A stretch of DNA of 63,073 bases, counting the filler, from Choristocarpus tenellus KU-1152 (Eukaryota; Protista; Phaeophyceae), in NCBI GenBank assembly GCA_964200185.2. It is 14 parts of 14 records of this genome, joined end to end, with 100 filler letters (N's around TTAATTAATTAA, not from the genome) between each part and the next. Parts side by side here need not be neighbours in the genome. Positions count along the whole stretch, not along the records: positions 50,243 to 56,778 come from CAXNAD020007908.1; positions 56,879 to 60,260 come from CAXNAD020020414.1; positions 60,361 to 63,073 come from CAXNAD020025381.1; 11 more parts are not named here. One strand, 5' to 3'. The translations under genes were made by a program, and so were the position numbers. Positions 51,375 through 62,896 of this stretch are shown piece by piece. The notes under the pieces were generated by a model. That model made no database searches and was not told the DNA's origin. It was given only the letters and a program-made list of their open reading frames with translations. Position 1 is the first letter of the stretch; each line of letters opens with the position of its first letter.

Positions 51375-52719
51375 GGGACTATGCACACAATACTAACACG
51401 ACAGAATATATCACATTATGTATTATACACGATCCTCTAATGCTTTGAAGTAACGAACCTTATCTTTTGCAGTAAGACAGTGCACAATACCCCCGCCCCT
51501 TCATACAGCAACAAAATCATTCCATACCTTGGTGTTATTACAGTTAATGAATGTGCAGTCCTGAACAAAACAACAACATATCAAATGAACTGGAAGACCT
51601 GCTAACCTACAAGTTCAAAATGATCGCCCAATGATTCTGTCCTTGTGTGTTTAATGGGTGCATATTTCTTGCATTGAGTCTTTGTGTCGATGGATCTTCC
51701 ACCTGATTTGGAGTGTTGATATATAGTGTTGGTTATCCAGGACTGCAAGGTCATGAGAGGTAAGGACGTGAAGAAGGCTAAGGAAACGTTTGTTCTTGGC
51801 AAACCGTTCGTTACCTCCTCCACATCTATGCTTACCTCTTATGACCAAGAAGTCCCGCACAAAATATCAATATACTGGAAAAGGTGGAAGGTCCATTTGT
51901 GTGTCAACGTTTTAGTGTCCCTCGCACTACTAATGATGATGGGCAAAAGGCCAACCCTCAAACTATAACACAACCTCCCTTCACGCTTAGACGCACCTAC
52001 GAATTCCCTGTCAATGCTAGAGTTACGATCGAAGCAGTGCAACTAATCTCCCGAAGTTACCATTCTGTCAGGTGACCTCATGTACTTCTCAAAGTCGATG
52101 CATTCCCGGTCTGTACCACACATCATTGAGCCATTCTATTCCACATTAAAATAATCGCAATGTAGTTCCTTTTTGGTCCAAACAAACAGGTGCAACAGAG
52201 TGGAGATGAAATATTACAGCACGCTCCAAGGCTTACATCCACAGGATGTATATAGCTCGATTCCACGGGCCTATAGATGACGGCGATGCTCGTACAAGAT
52301 TCCCGGGATACTCGGACAGTCAAAGGTTCAACGAAGAAGATGAATATCAGGTCCGTAGACAAGGGTACTCTTATGAATCAATAAGCGTATTATGAGAATT
52401 GGTACCACTTCAGAGTGGGCCATGTGAGGTTTTGAGCCGTTTGGGATCTCTTATCATCATTTACCGTTATATTTTTATTTTCAGTTTACAGACGTTGAAA
52501 TACACCTGAGAAACGTTGCATACATTCCCAAGTTACAGATCTTGTACTTGAAACATGCCACCAAGTCTACCCTGTGATTCAAGTATGCCTGGTTACTCTG
52601 CAATTTTGAACTAATCGAAATTCCCCCTTTTTAGGGCTCTACACGCGTGTACACTCTTCGCGCTGCTTAAAGCGCAAGAAGAAAAACTTGCGCTATTCGT
52701 CTATAACACAAAGTCATCA

Positions 52720-53170
52720 TATTGTAGCTTCTGTTTGGTAGAGATAAATCAGGTTGAAAAGAGTAGAAATAGGAAAATCGTAAAAAAGAAAACATCCTTC
52801 TGTTTGGCAGTTAAAGTAGGAATGGAAAATCTTCATTGACATCCTTGTCGGCAGTTACAAAACGGGTACAAAACAGAGAAATATGCAAAATCGTAGTAAT
52901 GTTTTTTTTAGCAGTTAAAAATAGGTATAACAGACAACGCATTATCATCACATATGTAGGTTCTCTTCAACAGATACAAAACAGGAACAAAAGAGTTTAA
53001 AAAAAGACCCTTTCTGGTAGCTACTATTACACAAGTATTATAGCAGAGTTGGAAATGGAAAACGATCGTGACGTAGGTCCTCTTCGGCAGTTTCACAACT
53101 GGGTGTAGCAGAGTACAAATGGAAATATGAGGAAATGTAGCTCTTCTTTGGCAGTTACAAAACAACAGCA
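52720..53170 (+). repeat. Degenerate ~45-65-bp tandem repeats (ggcagttacaaaac / aatggaaaatc motifs)
   Basis: The motifs recur about 7 times; possibly subterminal repeats of a DNA transposon. Confidence 0.6.
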
Positions 53171-54383
53171 TAAAAAATGTTGGGAAATTTTGGGTAATAT
53201 TACTTTTGCATTTTGAACCCGAAAAACGACTGAGAATTTGAAGCGAAATTCGTGATTTCCAAATTTCGGTGAAACGTTCATTTTTTTTCAATGGTTCCAT
53301 ATGTTTGATGGTGTCCTAAACAGCGATTTTTTTTCTTGGTGCCAAACTTTGTTGCTGTGCACGATTTTTCCCTGTGCTGACCTTGTTCCTGACGCACCAA
53401 AATGGTGCTGCTTTAATAGTCGTGGGGGTATGTTTCCTGAATGACCAACATAAGCTGGAGAGCTAATTGATACTCCAGAGTATGTGGTGACACCTACGTC
53501 GAGCATATGTGGTCGTGTTCATGCTTAGTTTTGACGAAGAAATCATTCGTGGTAGATAAATTTAAATAATGACACATCAGCGAGGTTATGCCTGCGAGGT
53601 CACCCTTTCTTTCAACAATAAAATTCGTTTGCAAAAGGGGGACCGTGTGAGACTCTTTTCTCCTTTTCTATTCTGGCTTCTATCCTCGCCAATTTTTCAC
53701 TATTTTCACGACTGTCACAGGAGTCTATGGAGTAAATGTGTAATGGTAGTACTCTAAAACAATTCGGATACCTTCGTCCGATTTGTACAGATGATGTAAC
53801 GACCCTCACACAATATGGATGTTGCATTGAATAGTATCTCTATTTGCCACAGTGTTTCCCAGGTGCTGATATTGGTGTTTACGTTGTGTGGTGAGATTTT
53901 TGTACAGATTGTGCAGGTGAAATGACCATGGCACGGTCTTGGATATTCTCATCCAATATTGTAGTCTCTACTTTGTGCCGGGGTGCTGGTGCTGTTGCCC
54001 AATTCGTGTTTGATATCTTTCTTTTTGTTGTGGAGGCGATAAAACAAATTTCGGTTTGGGGTACGTCGGACCTTTTTTTAGTTGCCACCATCTTCCCAGA
54101 TTCTAGTGTTGGTGCAAACTTCATGTGTTGATGTCTTCCTATATATAGTGTAGGGGACACACACTAAGATGGGGTTTGAGGTATATTGAATGCCATTGTA
54201 ACTACTATTTTGTCCTCAGGGATGGACGTCTGTCCTTTCGTCATGATCGGTATCATTGTTAAACTCTTCAGGTGGAATTAGCATCATACGTTTTTGTGGA
54301 TGTTTGCCGTGGTTGTGAATCTCCAACTACGTTTTTTATAGGTTTTCTGATTGTGGTGCTGATGTCGTGTGTTGGTTGCTTCC

Positions 54384-54642
54384 GAGTCAAAGTATCTTAG
54401 AGGGTAGCGCCGCGTCCATTTGGGGGTCAAAATCCAATGTTACGATTTTGATGTAATTTTGGTTATTTTGTTTGATACGAATTGTCAACATCTATGTTTT
54501 GGACACACCTTTTCATAACGTATACATTTTACTTCCTCCTAAACATTTTGGAGTAGGAAAATGTGATTAAAAAAAACATGGGAAGTCAAGTCCCAAATGG
54601 ACAAACAGGGCAAAACTCGTACCCTCTAAGATACTTTCACTC
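54384..54642 (+). mobile_element. MITE family A, full length
   Basis: gagtcaaagtatcttagagggta / taccctctaagatactttcactc; perfect TSD ttcc. Confidence 0.95.
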
Positions 54643-54724
54643 TTCCTAGAACTGTGCATGTAAAACTAATAAAAACATTTTGGATGTATGGAAGAGCATT
54701 GAAACTCCCATCATGTGACCACAT

Positions 54725-55060
54725 GATCAAATTGATGCTCAAGTCGTGTGTTGATCTCTTCATGCAAATATTTCAGGCAAAACGACCTTAATTCGGTTTT
54801 GGATATATCTAACAGCTTTGTAATTTTCAATATGTTCCCAGATGCTGATATTGACTACTCAAAGTCGTGTGATGTTTCTTTGTGGAAATTGAGCAGGCAA
54901 AGCGATTATAAGACGGTTTAGGATGCATTTAACGGTCTTGAAACCGCCCCTTTGTACTAAAAGTTGATTTTGAAAGCTCAAGTCGTTTGTTGGTATATTT
55001 GTGGAAATTAGGCAAGGGAAAAGTCTACATCTCGATTTTGGGATATATACAACGGATTTA
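54725..55060 (+). repeat. Diverged ~120-bp tandem repeat, 3 units
   Basis: ctcaagtcgtgtg...gg(c)aaa...gttttggatatat..aac recurs near 54738, 54858 and 54978. Confidence 0.75.
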
Positions 55061-55729
55061 TTTCTTGCGCTCTATTCTGAGGTGCAGATGCTAGTACGCA
55101 ACTCATGTGTAGGCATCTTGGTAAAAGCAGAGCAGGTTAAATGACCACAAGATGGTTTTGGATGTTGAAATCTTGAAGTAAATGGAGCAGTGTTCCACTG
55201 TAGAACAGTTTACTAGCGTTTCAAATAAGGTGTTCTGTGGAGAGGTTCGAAGTCTTATCAAAGCGAAAGGTTGACCCAGTGCACTGAAGCAATTCATAAA
55301 TTCGAATGTGATGAGTCAAGAGATACGCTCTGCGATGATGCTTGGATTATATATTAAATGAGCCACTAATCATTGCTGATGTTATGAATCACATAATAAT
55401 ATGTTCTGAGTATACTCTTGCTACCTTATGGCAAAAGGTTGTGGAATGTGTTAACTCTGAATACATATGATCCAGATGTTCGTCAGACTACAATTAAGTG
55501 AGAGTCGACCTCAAGGTAACAAGGTGGGGGCGACAGCTTTGAGGTCTATATGTAGAATCAGACGTCTGAGTCAGCTGTTCTATCTATAAAACAAGGAACA
55601 AGTCTCGAGCCTGTGCTAAACAACTATGTGCCACACCCTGCACGGTCAACGTATTTTGCCACGACCGTCTAAAATTTCAAAGCTAACATCGCCCCCTTGC
55701 ACTCACACTCAAACAACTCTGCCCCCCAC

Positions 55730-56778
55730 ATTAAGGTGGACATTAACCATTTCCATCGCGCGTATGACCATGATCACAAGCCTTTGCTCGTGTCCACTGC
55801 CTCTTCAATGGGCATTCTATTGGTGGGGGAGTTGGAGGCATGTCCTGACTGCTCAATGAGTAAAGACATATGAAAGGGGATCCCATGCAGCATGTCTTGA
55901 CAAGCGGTGCGAAAACTGGGCCGGGTTTTTGTCGGTCTAAGCGGCAAGAGGGCTACCCTTTCACTCGGCGGTAAGTATTACACCATGCTACTGAAGCCTT
56001 CAAGAAGTACCTGACCGATATCCAGACTGACGGTATCTCCCTCTTGGGTCGTGTGCATGCGGTCTGATATTGAGGGGGAGTTTTATGAGGGTGCTTTCGG
56101 TGCCCTTTGTCGTGAAGGTGGGATTAAAGAATAGCCCTCAAGACCCCAAAGTATCTGGAAGGGGGGGTTCTACACCAGGGTGTCCATTTGGGCCAAAATC
56201 GGGAAAAGTGCATTTGCATTATCCATCCGACATTAGCAACCAAATCACCCAAAAATCGCGACATGAAAAAATTGACTCCAAATGGACAGCCGCCACCCGC
56301 CCCAGATACTTTGAGCCTCAATTTAATGGGGTTGATGAATGCATGCTGGGTATCATTGGCGAAGCTTCATTAGCTGCCCGCCTTCAAGCTCCACTACTTC
56401 TCCCCCATGTCACCATCACCAAGACACACTCTCTCTGGGCTGAAGCTCAACACTGCTATGTCTGTGACTCGCTCAATTGCACATTGGCCACGGCTAATTC
56501 TGGTTGTAAATCACCTTCTGAAATGTGGTATGGCACCCCTGCACCCCTGTTGACCTACCAATTTCTTCAACCTGGTTTTTGCCGTCTCAGTAATACCTGT
56601 AAGACTTTCCAAACGGCTCAACGGTATTTACACCTGGGGCCGGGGATCAATCACCCCTGTGTTGCATACCGTGTTCTTACTCCGACCGGTGTCATTGTTG
56701 CAATGTGTAACCTGACCTGGCTGTCCACTAAGGACCCCAGTCTTGCCCCAGTAGGAGAGGCTACCCCTGCTTGGCGAA
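55730..56778 (+). mobile_element. Degenerate Ty1/Copia GAG-pre-integrase and integrase
   Basis: VDINHFHRAYDH...GELEACPDCSMSK (HHCC), LGRVFVGLSG, RSDIEGEF, PQ|FNGVDEC, LWAEA...SLN...KSPSEMWYG; frameshifts and stops are present. Confidence 0.85.
56142..56317 (+). mobile_element. MITE family B inserted in the Copia integrase
   Basis: Perfect TSD tcaa; removal restores the integrase PQFNG motif. Confidence 0.93.
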
Positions 56779-57690
56779 NNNNNNNNNNNNNNNNNNNNNN
56801 NNNNNNNNNNNNNNNNNNNNNNTTAATTAATTAANNNNNNNNNNNNNNNNNNNNNNNNNNNNNNNNNNNNNNNNNNNNCCCCTGTCCAGGTTGGGGCAGT
56901 CACCTCTTACGTGGCCATCTCTGCCACACAAGTAACAAACTACGCGCCCCTTCCCGCGCCCCTTTCTACCGGCAGTCCCCCTTCCCGAACTCACAACCAG
57001 AGCATGGTCGTTCCCTTCGCCAATTGAAGAACTTGACGAGCTCCATGCTTGAAGTCTCTACCTCGAATCCATGTCCACTGCCCAGACTGATCCCCTACAG
57101 ATGATGTTGGAGCCATGAACACCGAAGTCACAGTCATAGATTCTAAAGGGTAACTTGGGCTCTCACTGAAAAAGCGCGGAAGTCCTCTCCCTACTTCCTA
57201 GCGAACGTGGGGAGGTTGGCGATCCTTATGGGGTTGGCGGCAGATGTCTTGTACACAATAACAATGCTCACTACCAGTCTTGTCGCTTCGCACAACGTCC
57301 CAGGAATATTCGGTCCGCTACGTAGCGTATTGAACTATCCCACACTGGACCCGCGGCTTTTATGGTGTTTTAATGAAGGACAAAGAACAGCTTGATGTAG
57401 ATGAACAATGTTAGAAATACAAGGGCCTTTATGGTCTCGATTCCGCTGACTGAGAAGGTGGGTAAGACCAGTGCAGCCTACCATGTGGGATTTGTCACGT
57501 CCGCATGAATAATCAGAAAATAATCATATCTACTTATCATACGTGCCATACATGATACATCAACTGATGATCAAATATCAGGTCCGTACCATACATGAAC
57601 TACCTTACATAACGTTGTGTAGAGAAACATATATCTGGCTCTACCTTTCCTCCATTACTCCACCAGTGGTGTCTGCATTTCCTAATCTAC

Positions 57691-58398
57691 TTGTACCAGC
57701 AGTATCTACGAACAATACCAACTCGCTTCTCGAGGCAACTCAGACTTGGGGACACATCCGACGCCAGCTTCGGGCGAGGAACCAGCTTCATCCTATGCGC
57801 GAGTGGGGGGTCTATCGTACAGGGGAAGGTCAGCGATGTTCGTGTGGATGGTTCAGGGGAGTACATTTACTCAGTGTCCTACCTGCCAGAAGATGACGAA
57901 AAACCTTTGCTCCCTCATCTGTGGTCGTACATGACAGAGGACGAGATCGAGGAGGGTGTCGACCAACTTCAGGAGAAGAACAAGAGGGACAGTGTCGAGG
58001 CTGCAGCCCAGTTTGGCAGACAATGCTGCCGTTTGATGGTTGGCTGCCAGCGGGAGCGTAGGGACATGGAGAAGGATATGGAGAAATATATACTCCTTGA
58101 ACCGAACCTGAGAGGGCTGTGCCAGATCTGGAGGAGGGAGAAACACTCATTGCCGGTGCCAAGGGCAGGGGACTATACTTCAGAAGGGACGATCAGTGGA
58201 TGCGAGGGACCATGACCAAGTACCAGCCCCACTACACGGTTAAAGTTTGAGATGAGCGAGTCAGCTACCCCTACGAGGTTAAATGGGAGATTGGCGACTT
58301 GCGAAATATCCAGCTTCTTGTCGAACGCTACAGAATAGACCTAGACGCTCCTACACGTGCCTGGTGCTGGATGAGTCCCACTCTGCCCCCATACTGAC
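57691..58398 (+). pseudogene. Intronless, frameshifted ORF of unknown function with two Tudor/SH3-like beta motifs
   Basis: 174-aa ORF with GKVSDVRVDGSGEYIYSVSY, then after a frameshift GTISGCEG/TMTKYQPHYTVKV*DE; GC-richer than its flanks. Confidence 0.4.
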
Positions 58399-58994
58399 GA
58401 GAGACACGGCTTTGAGGAGCTACCTAGGCCGATTCCTGTTCGTGGGTCACCCTCTACTTCGCCAATCAGACACATACCTTGACAGACATGTTGTGCTGGA
58501 GAGGTCGGACGTTCTCTAAATCAACGGACTGACATATACTTGGTATCTTGATTTTAATATCTTCCTGAAGAGTTGGTGTCTATGTGTCCTCGTAGCATGT
58601 TTTTATTGGCCCGGCGGCAACCTAGATTTCATCTCCATTAGTGCATTCTGCCAGTATTCTCAAATACTTTTACTGCCATGCCACAATCCTTCTTCTTCCC
58701 CTCTTTGCGTTTGTTGGACCCCAGAGCAATTGACAGAAAGCTTGCTAAAATAACGTTGACGCAGAAACATCTTGTACTCCGTACCACCATCTACAGCACA
58801 AGTCGAGATTTTTACAACAGATCACCCCTCTTCCACACACCCAATCCAAACGGCGGCAACCATCCCAGCTCCAAAATCTGAACCCAAAGGCAGCTTCCCT
58901 AAGCCATAATCACACGGTCAACACCCACTCAAGCGCAAAGCGCAGGTCCTAAATGCATTTTATTCCAAAATACATTAAAAAAAGGACGGTGATT

Positions 58995-59136
58995 GGGTCA
59001 AAGTATCTGGGGGGGGGTGTTTAGTGAGGGGGCGTCCGTTTCGGCCCTGACGAGGTGCTCAAAAATGACTGGAATTGCTGTCTTCAGTCATGGAGCCCCC
59101 TTACTAACCACCCCCACCCCCCAGATACTTTGACGC
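58995..59136. mobile_element. MITE family D, both arms resembling the same end of family C
   Basis: gggtcaaagtatctggg...tagtgagggggcgtcc / ggagcccccttacta...ccagatactttgacgc; no TSD. A related fragment lies at ~15499-15553. Confidence 0.75.
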
Positions 59137-60105
59137 GCCACCATGCCAGATCCTCCCTCTAGAATTGAAACTTACAGTCAGCAGATCCCTAAGGGAGGGA
59201 GGAGGCCCTATCAAACAGGTGCCCAGTGGCGGGGTGCAGGAGGCAAAATGTCGACACCAGACATGAGCCAAAGTATCTTAGAGGGTAGAGCCGCGTCTAT
59301 TTAGGGGTCCAAACCCAAGGTCGCGATTTTGGTGTAATTTTGGCTATCGTGTTTGTTAGCAAGTGTAAATATCCATCTTCTGGACACACCTTTTCATATC
59401 ATGTACATTTTACCCCCTCTTAAACATTTTGGAGTAGGAAAATGTCATAAACAACCCCATGGGAAGCCAAGCCCCAAATGGAGAAACATGGCAAAACTTG
59501 TACCCTCTGAGATACTTTCACTCGCATGTCCGCATATGCCCCAGGACAGGAGGACAAGTTCGACACCACACAACCATGGTAAACCGCCTAAGCCAACTAT
59601 GCAAACAGGTGCCTAGTTGCGGGGTGCAGGAAGCAAAACGTCGGCACCGGACATGTCCGTATGTGCCCCAGGGCAGGAGGACAGGTTCGACAGCACACAC
59701 CCATGGTAAAACGCCTTACCCGACTATGCAACGGAATGAGCATCCCTTGCACTACGGAGGACGGTGGACGGTAGCCTCTTCACGGTAGACAGGATTCTCC
59801 GCATGGACCTAGTTTTCCATGCAGGGGCACTGGCGTACGCTGGAACAGCTCCCTATCTGGAAAAAGGCCTTCTGCTAGATGTTGCATTTTCAGAAGTGCA
59901 TGCAACCCCCCTCTTACACAATCATCTACCAGCAATGAAATGGCTGCTGCTGCAGCCGAGGCGCGAAAGCACACCCACTACGAGGGCTCTGTTTTTTCTT
60001 GTAATTATATCCTCAACACCTTCGCCGTAGAACGTTTTGGGCGCCTCGGCAAGTAAGCGGAATGCTTCCTGGATGAGCTGGCTGCACACATGGTGGGGGG
60101 GAGAG
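59137..60105 (+). mobile_element. Degenerate CRE-like non-LTR retrotransposon C-terminus (Zn knuckle plus restriction-like endonuclease)
   Basis: Across frameshifts: CPSCG...HVRMCPRAGGQVRQH...RMDLVF...LLLDV...AAAEARKHTHY...FAVERFGRLGK*AECFLDELAAH. Confidence 0.8.
59265..59523 (+). mobile_element. MITE family A, full length, with adjacent empty-site paralog
   Basis: TSD acat/gcat; the duplicated unit has a single acat at 59651-59654. Confidence 0.95.
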
Positions 60106-60115
60106 AAACTGGAGT

Positions 60116-60139
60116 GAGCTAAAGTATCTTTGAGGGTAG
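60116..60139 (+). mobile_element. Solo family A TIR
   Basis: gagctaaagtatctttgagggtag. Confidence 0.65.
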
Positions 60140-60360
60140 TGTGCAATATAGGCTAGGCATTATATAGGGAGGTATATATTTAGTGAACAGTGGTACATTT
60201 TGACGTGTCTGATGACGTGCGCAATAGATAATAATATAAGGAAGAGCACCCCCACCACCANNNNNNNNNNNNNNNNNNNNNNNNNNNNNNNNNNNNNNNN
60301 NNNNTTAATTAATTAANNNNNNNNNNNNNNNNNNNNNNNNNNNNNNNNNNNNNNNNNNNN

Positions 60361-60434
60361 TGTCCAAACAAAAGGAACACCCGGGGGTAGACACCCCCCC
60401 CCCCCCCCACACACACACACAGATACTTTGGGCC
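60361..60434 (-). mobile_element. MITE family B end (contig start)
   Basis: gtagacacc-polyC/(CA)n-agatactttgggcc. Confidence 0.7.
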
Positions 60435-60470
60435 ATTAATGCAACCCACACAGGGGATACATATACTCAC

Positions 60471-60699
60471 CAAAAAACCTCTCAGCAGCCGGTGGGGGCC
60501 ATGTGCACACATTATCTCCTGATTCATCGCTTCCAGAATCATCAGCCGCAACGACATGGTTCTCCTCAACATCCATATCTAGAACACCAGCTTGTTCCCG
60601 CAAGACATCAACATCAACACTTCCATAAGCGTATGGTACTCCCTTTCGCTCAGCACATGCTGGACACTCAAAACCAGTGAGATCCTTGCCCATCAGCTC
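60471..60699 (-). CDS. PHD-finger protein, exon completing the PHD
   Basis: tag|ELMGKDLTGFECPACAERKGVPYAYG...ERFF|gtgagt; supplies the final CxxC in phase. Confidence 0.85.
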
Positions 60700-61137
60700 C
60701 TACAAGGAGGGTAATAGCGTGTGGTAAGGATAATAGTGTGAGGTAAGGACAGAAGTGAGCTTCAAAGGAAAAGAACAAAAGCACTACTACTACAATTACT
60801 TCATTTGGTGCTGGCATGGTCGTTTTTCTTTTTATGTATAACCGTCAACACAAACCATCCCGAAATGAACAAAAACACCGTCAACACATTCAATGACACA
60901 ACCAAACTATTCTGTTTTTGTACCGTGAATCATTTCAATTCTCGTTGCACTGTAGGTTGACCAAGTCAGACCAACCTTTGGACAGGACAGAAAGGCTCAC
61001 CCCAAAAGGTGTTCATTTATAAGTAACCGACCGTCTTCTATAATCCTAGACCTCAGGTGCTCAACTTAGAAACTAAACTACACAAAGTACATGGAACATC
61101 AGTAAAAGAAAAAATATGCAAAAAAGTTCTTAGACAC

Positions 61138-61467
61138 CTTGATGTTGACACAGGCTCCATGGAACCACTCTTCACACGAATCACACCCAACCATGAAGGA
61201 TCCGTCATTAGGGCCACGACATAGGCAGTATCGATTACCGCCATCCTCCATGGCCGCAACCACCTTGGGCTCAAGAGGGAGTAAAACGGGGATACCTTTG
61301 GCATCATCCAGCAGCATGTTCAAAGTGGCCACGTCTATAGGGCTAGTCACATCTGCTGCAGTGGCCCTGAAGGTGTTGCGCACTGCAGCCTCCCACATGG
61401 AGGCCCGACTAGCCATCGAGCCAAGCGTATCCAAGAGCTCCTCGTCTATTTGAGAGAGTTGCTGACC
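61138..61467 (-). CDS. PHD-finger protein (possibly KDM5/JARID1-like C-terminal region), exon
   Basis: cag|GQQLSQIDEE...LLDDAKGIPVLLP...YCLCRGPNDGSFMVGCDSCEEWFHGACVNIK|gt. The C4HC PHD is clear; the helical part resembles PLU-1 repeats, which is less certain. Confidence 0.88.
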
Positions 61468-62896
61468 CTGAGAAACCAAGTCATACACAAGGCTTACTGA
61501 AGGTGGCTTGCGCATAGCCCATTGTGTCATGGTACACCATAGGAGGATACGGAGGTTACAGAGCATTATCCTGTCGGAAGATGGGAGTATGGAAACAAAC
61601 AAATGTTTGGAAGTGTGTTGTTAGATGGCTCACTCAACGCAAGTCTTACTGATCGTTTCACTTGATAACAAACACCAAATGGGCGTAACCCTTCAGGGAG
61701 CTAGCTCAGCATAGAGGACCTCAGCATTGATCTAGTGCACATGTGCATACATCTTTTGCTCCAAGATCCTGCACTATTAGTTTGTAGTCTATCCTAATAC
61801 CTAACACCATAGGACATTGTGAGGCGGTAATACAGTAGTTTCATCCCCTCTTCATTCCACCGTACAATCGGTTATTGTATCACCCTCACTCACGACAAAT
61901 AATACTACCCCTCTGGCCTTCCAGAGATCTTCTCATTGCCACTTCAAAAAAAACACAAGTGCTTGTAGCCCACTCCCCAAGTCAAGCTCTCCAGTCACCA
62001 AACCCTGACATACATTACATAACATAGCATAACATAACATAACATAGATAACGTGTTACAGGACTCTAGAGGAAAAGCTATATACCATTGAGGAGAAGCC
62101 CTCATACGCAAGGTGATACTTGGCTTGTAAAAATATATATATGCATTCTCAAAAAATACCTAAAAACATCTACCTTGCAGGATAGTCACCACATTCAGAG
62201 AGTTTCCCGTGGATAGGTAATGAATGGGCAACAACAACAACATCAACACCCTTCACAATCCCAGCACATAGGTCGGGAACAATTTCACAAAATGTGTATG
62301 GAGGTGTAGGAGGTCAAGAACAAGGCAGAGGTTGGAATTCTACTAGTGTCTGTTCACAAAAGCACTAATCTGTTGTCACAGGATGCCTAGATAGAGATTG
62401 TAGTTTGATGGAGGCCAAGAATCAAACTTGTGGACACAAAGAGGACATATCCACTATCAAAACTATATTCACCCTTATCAATTACAACCCAGGCAAATAC
62501 AAAGTGCAGTGTCTCAGCATATTCAACTTCCCCCATGAAGCCCCAGGCAAACACCACATTATGCACACCTGGCCTGTTCATGCTGAAGCTTGCCAGCTTC
62601 ATTAGCACTCCAAGGAAGCGTCTTCAAAGCATGGATGTTATTGTCAACCTCTGACAGAACCCCAAGGCTAGTGCGTATTTTCTTAAGTGGTAGGTTCATT
62701 GCATCCCTCACCACACCACCCAAGGCAGCAAAGTTCTGTGATGCTTGCCAACGGTCCCGACCTGTGCAGCAAATTGATTGAATAAGTCTTCCATCTTACA
62801 ACATGCATACACACTAAAATTCAACTGGACTTACTAAACATGAGCCCATTGGGCCTAAAATTCAACCAGCTTCAGGGTGACACAACAAATTCCACT

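Noticed and set aside
59764-60030. Ankyrin-like NHLPAMKWL
   Set aside because: Better explained as an off-frame stretch of the CRE-like endonuclease region.
62387-62781. Possible further PHD/RING exon upstream of the PHD gene
   Set aside because: The Cys-rich frame has many stops and no consistent splice sites.
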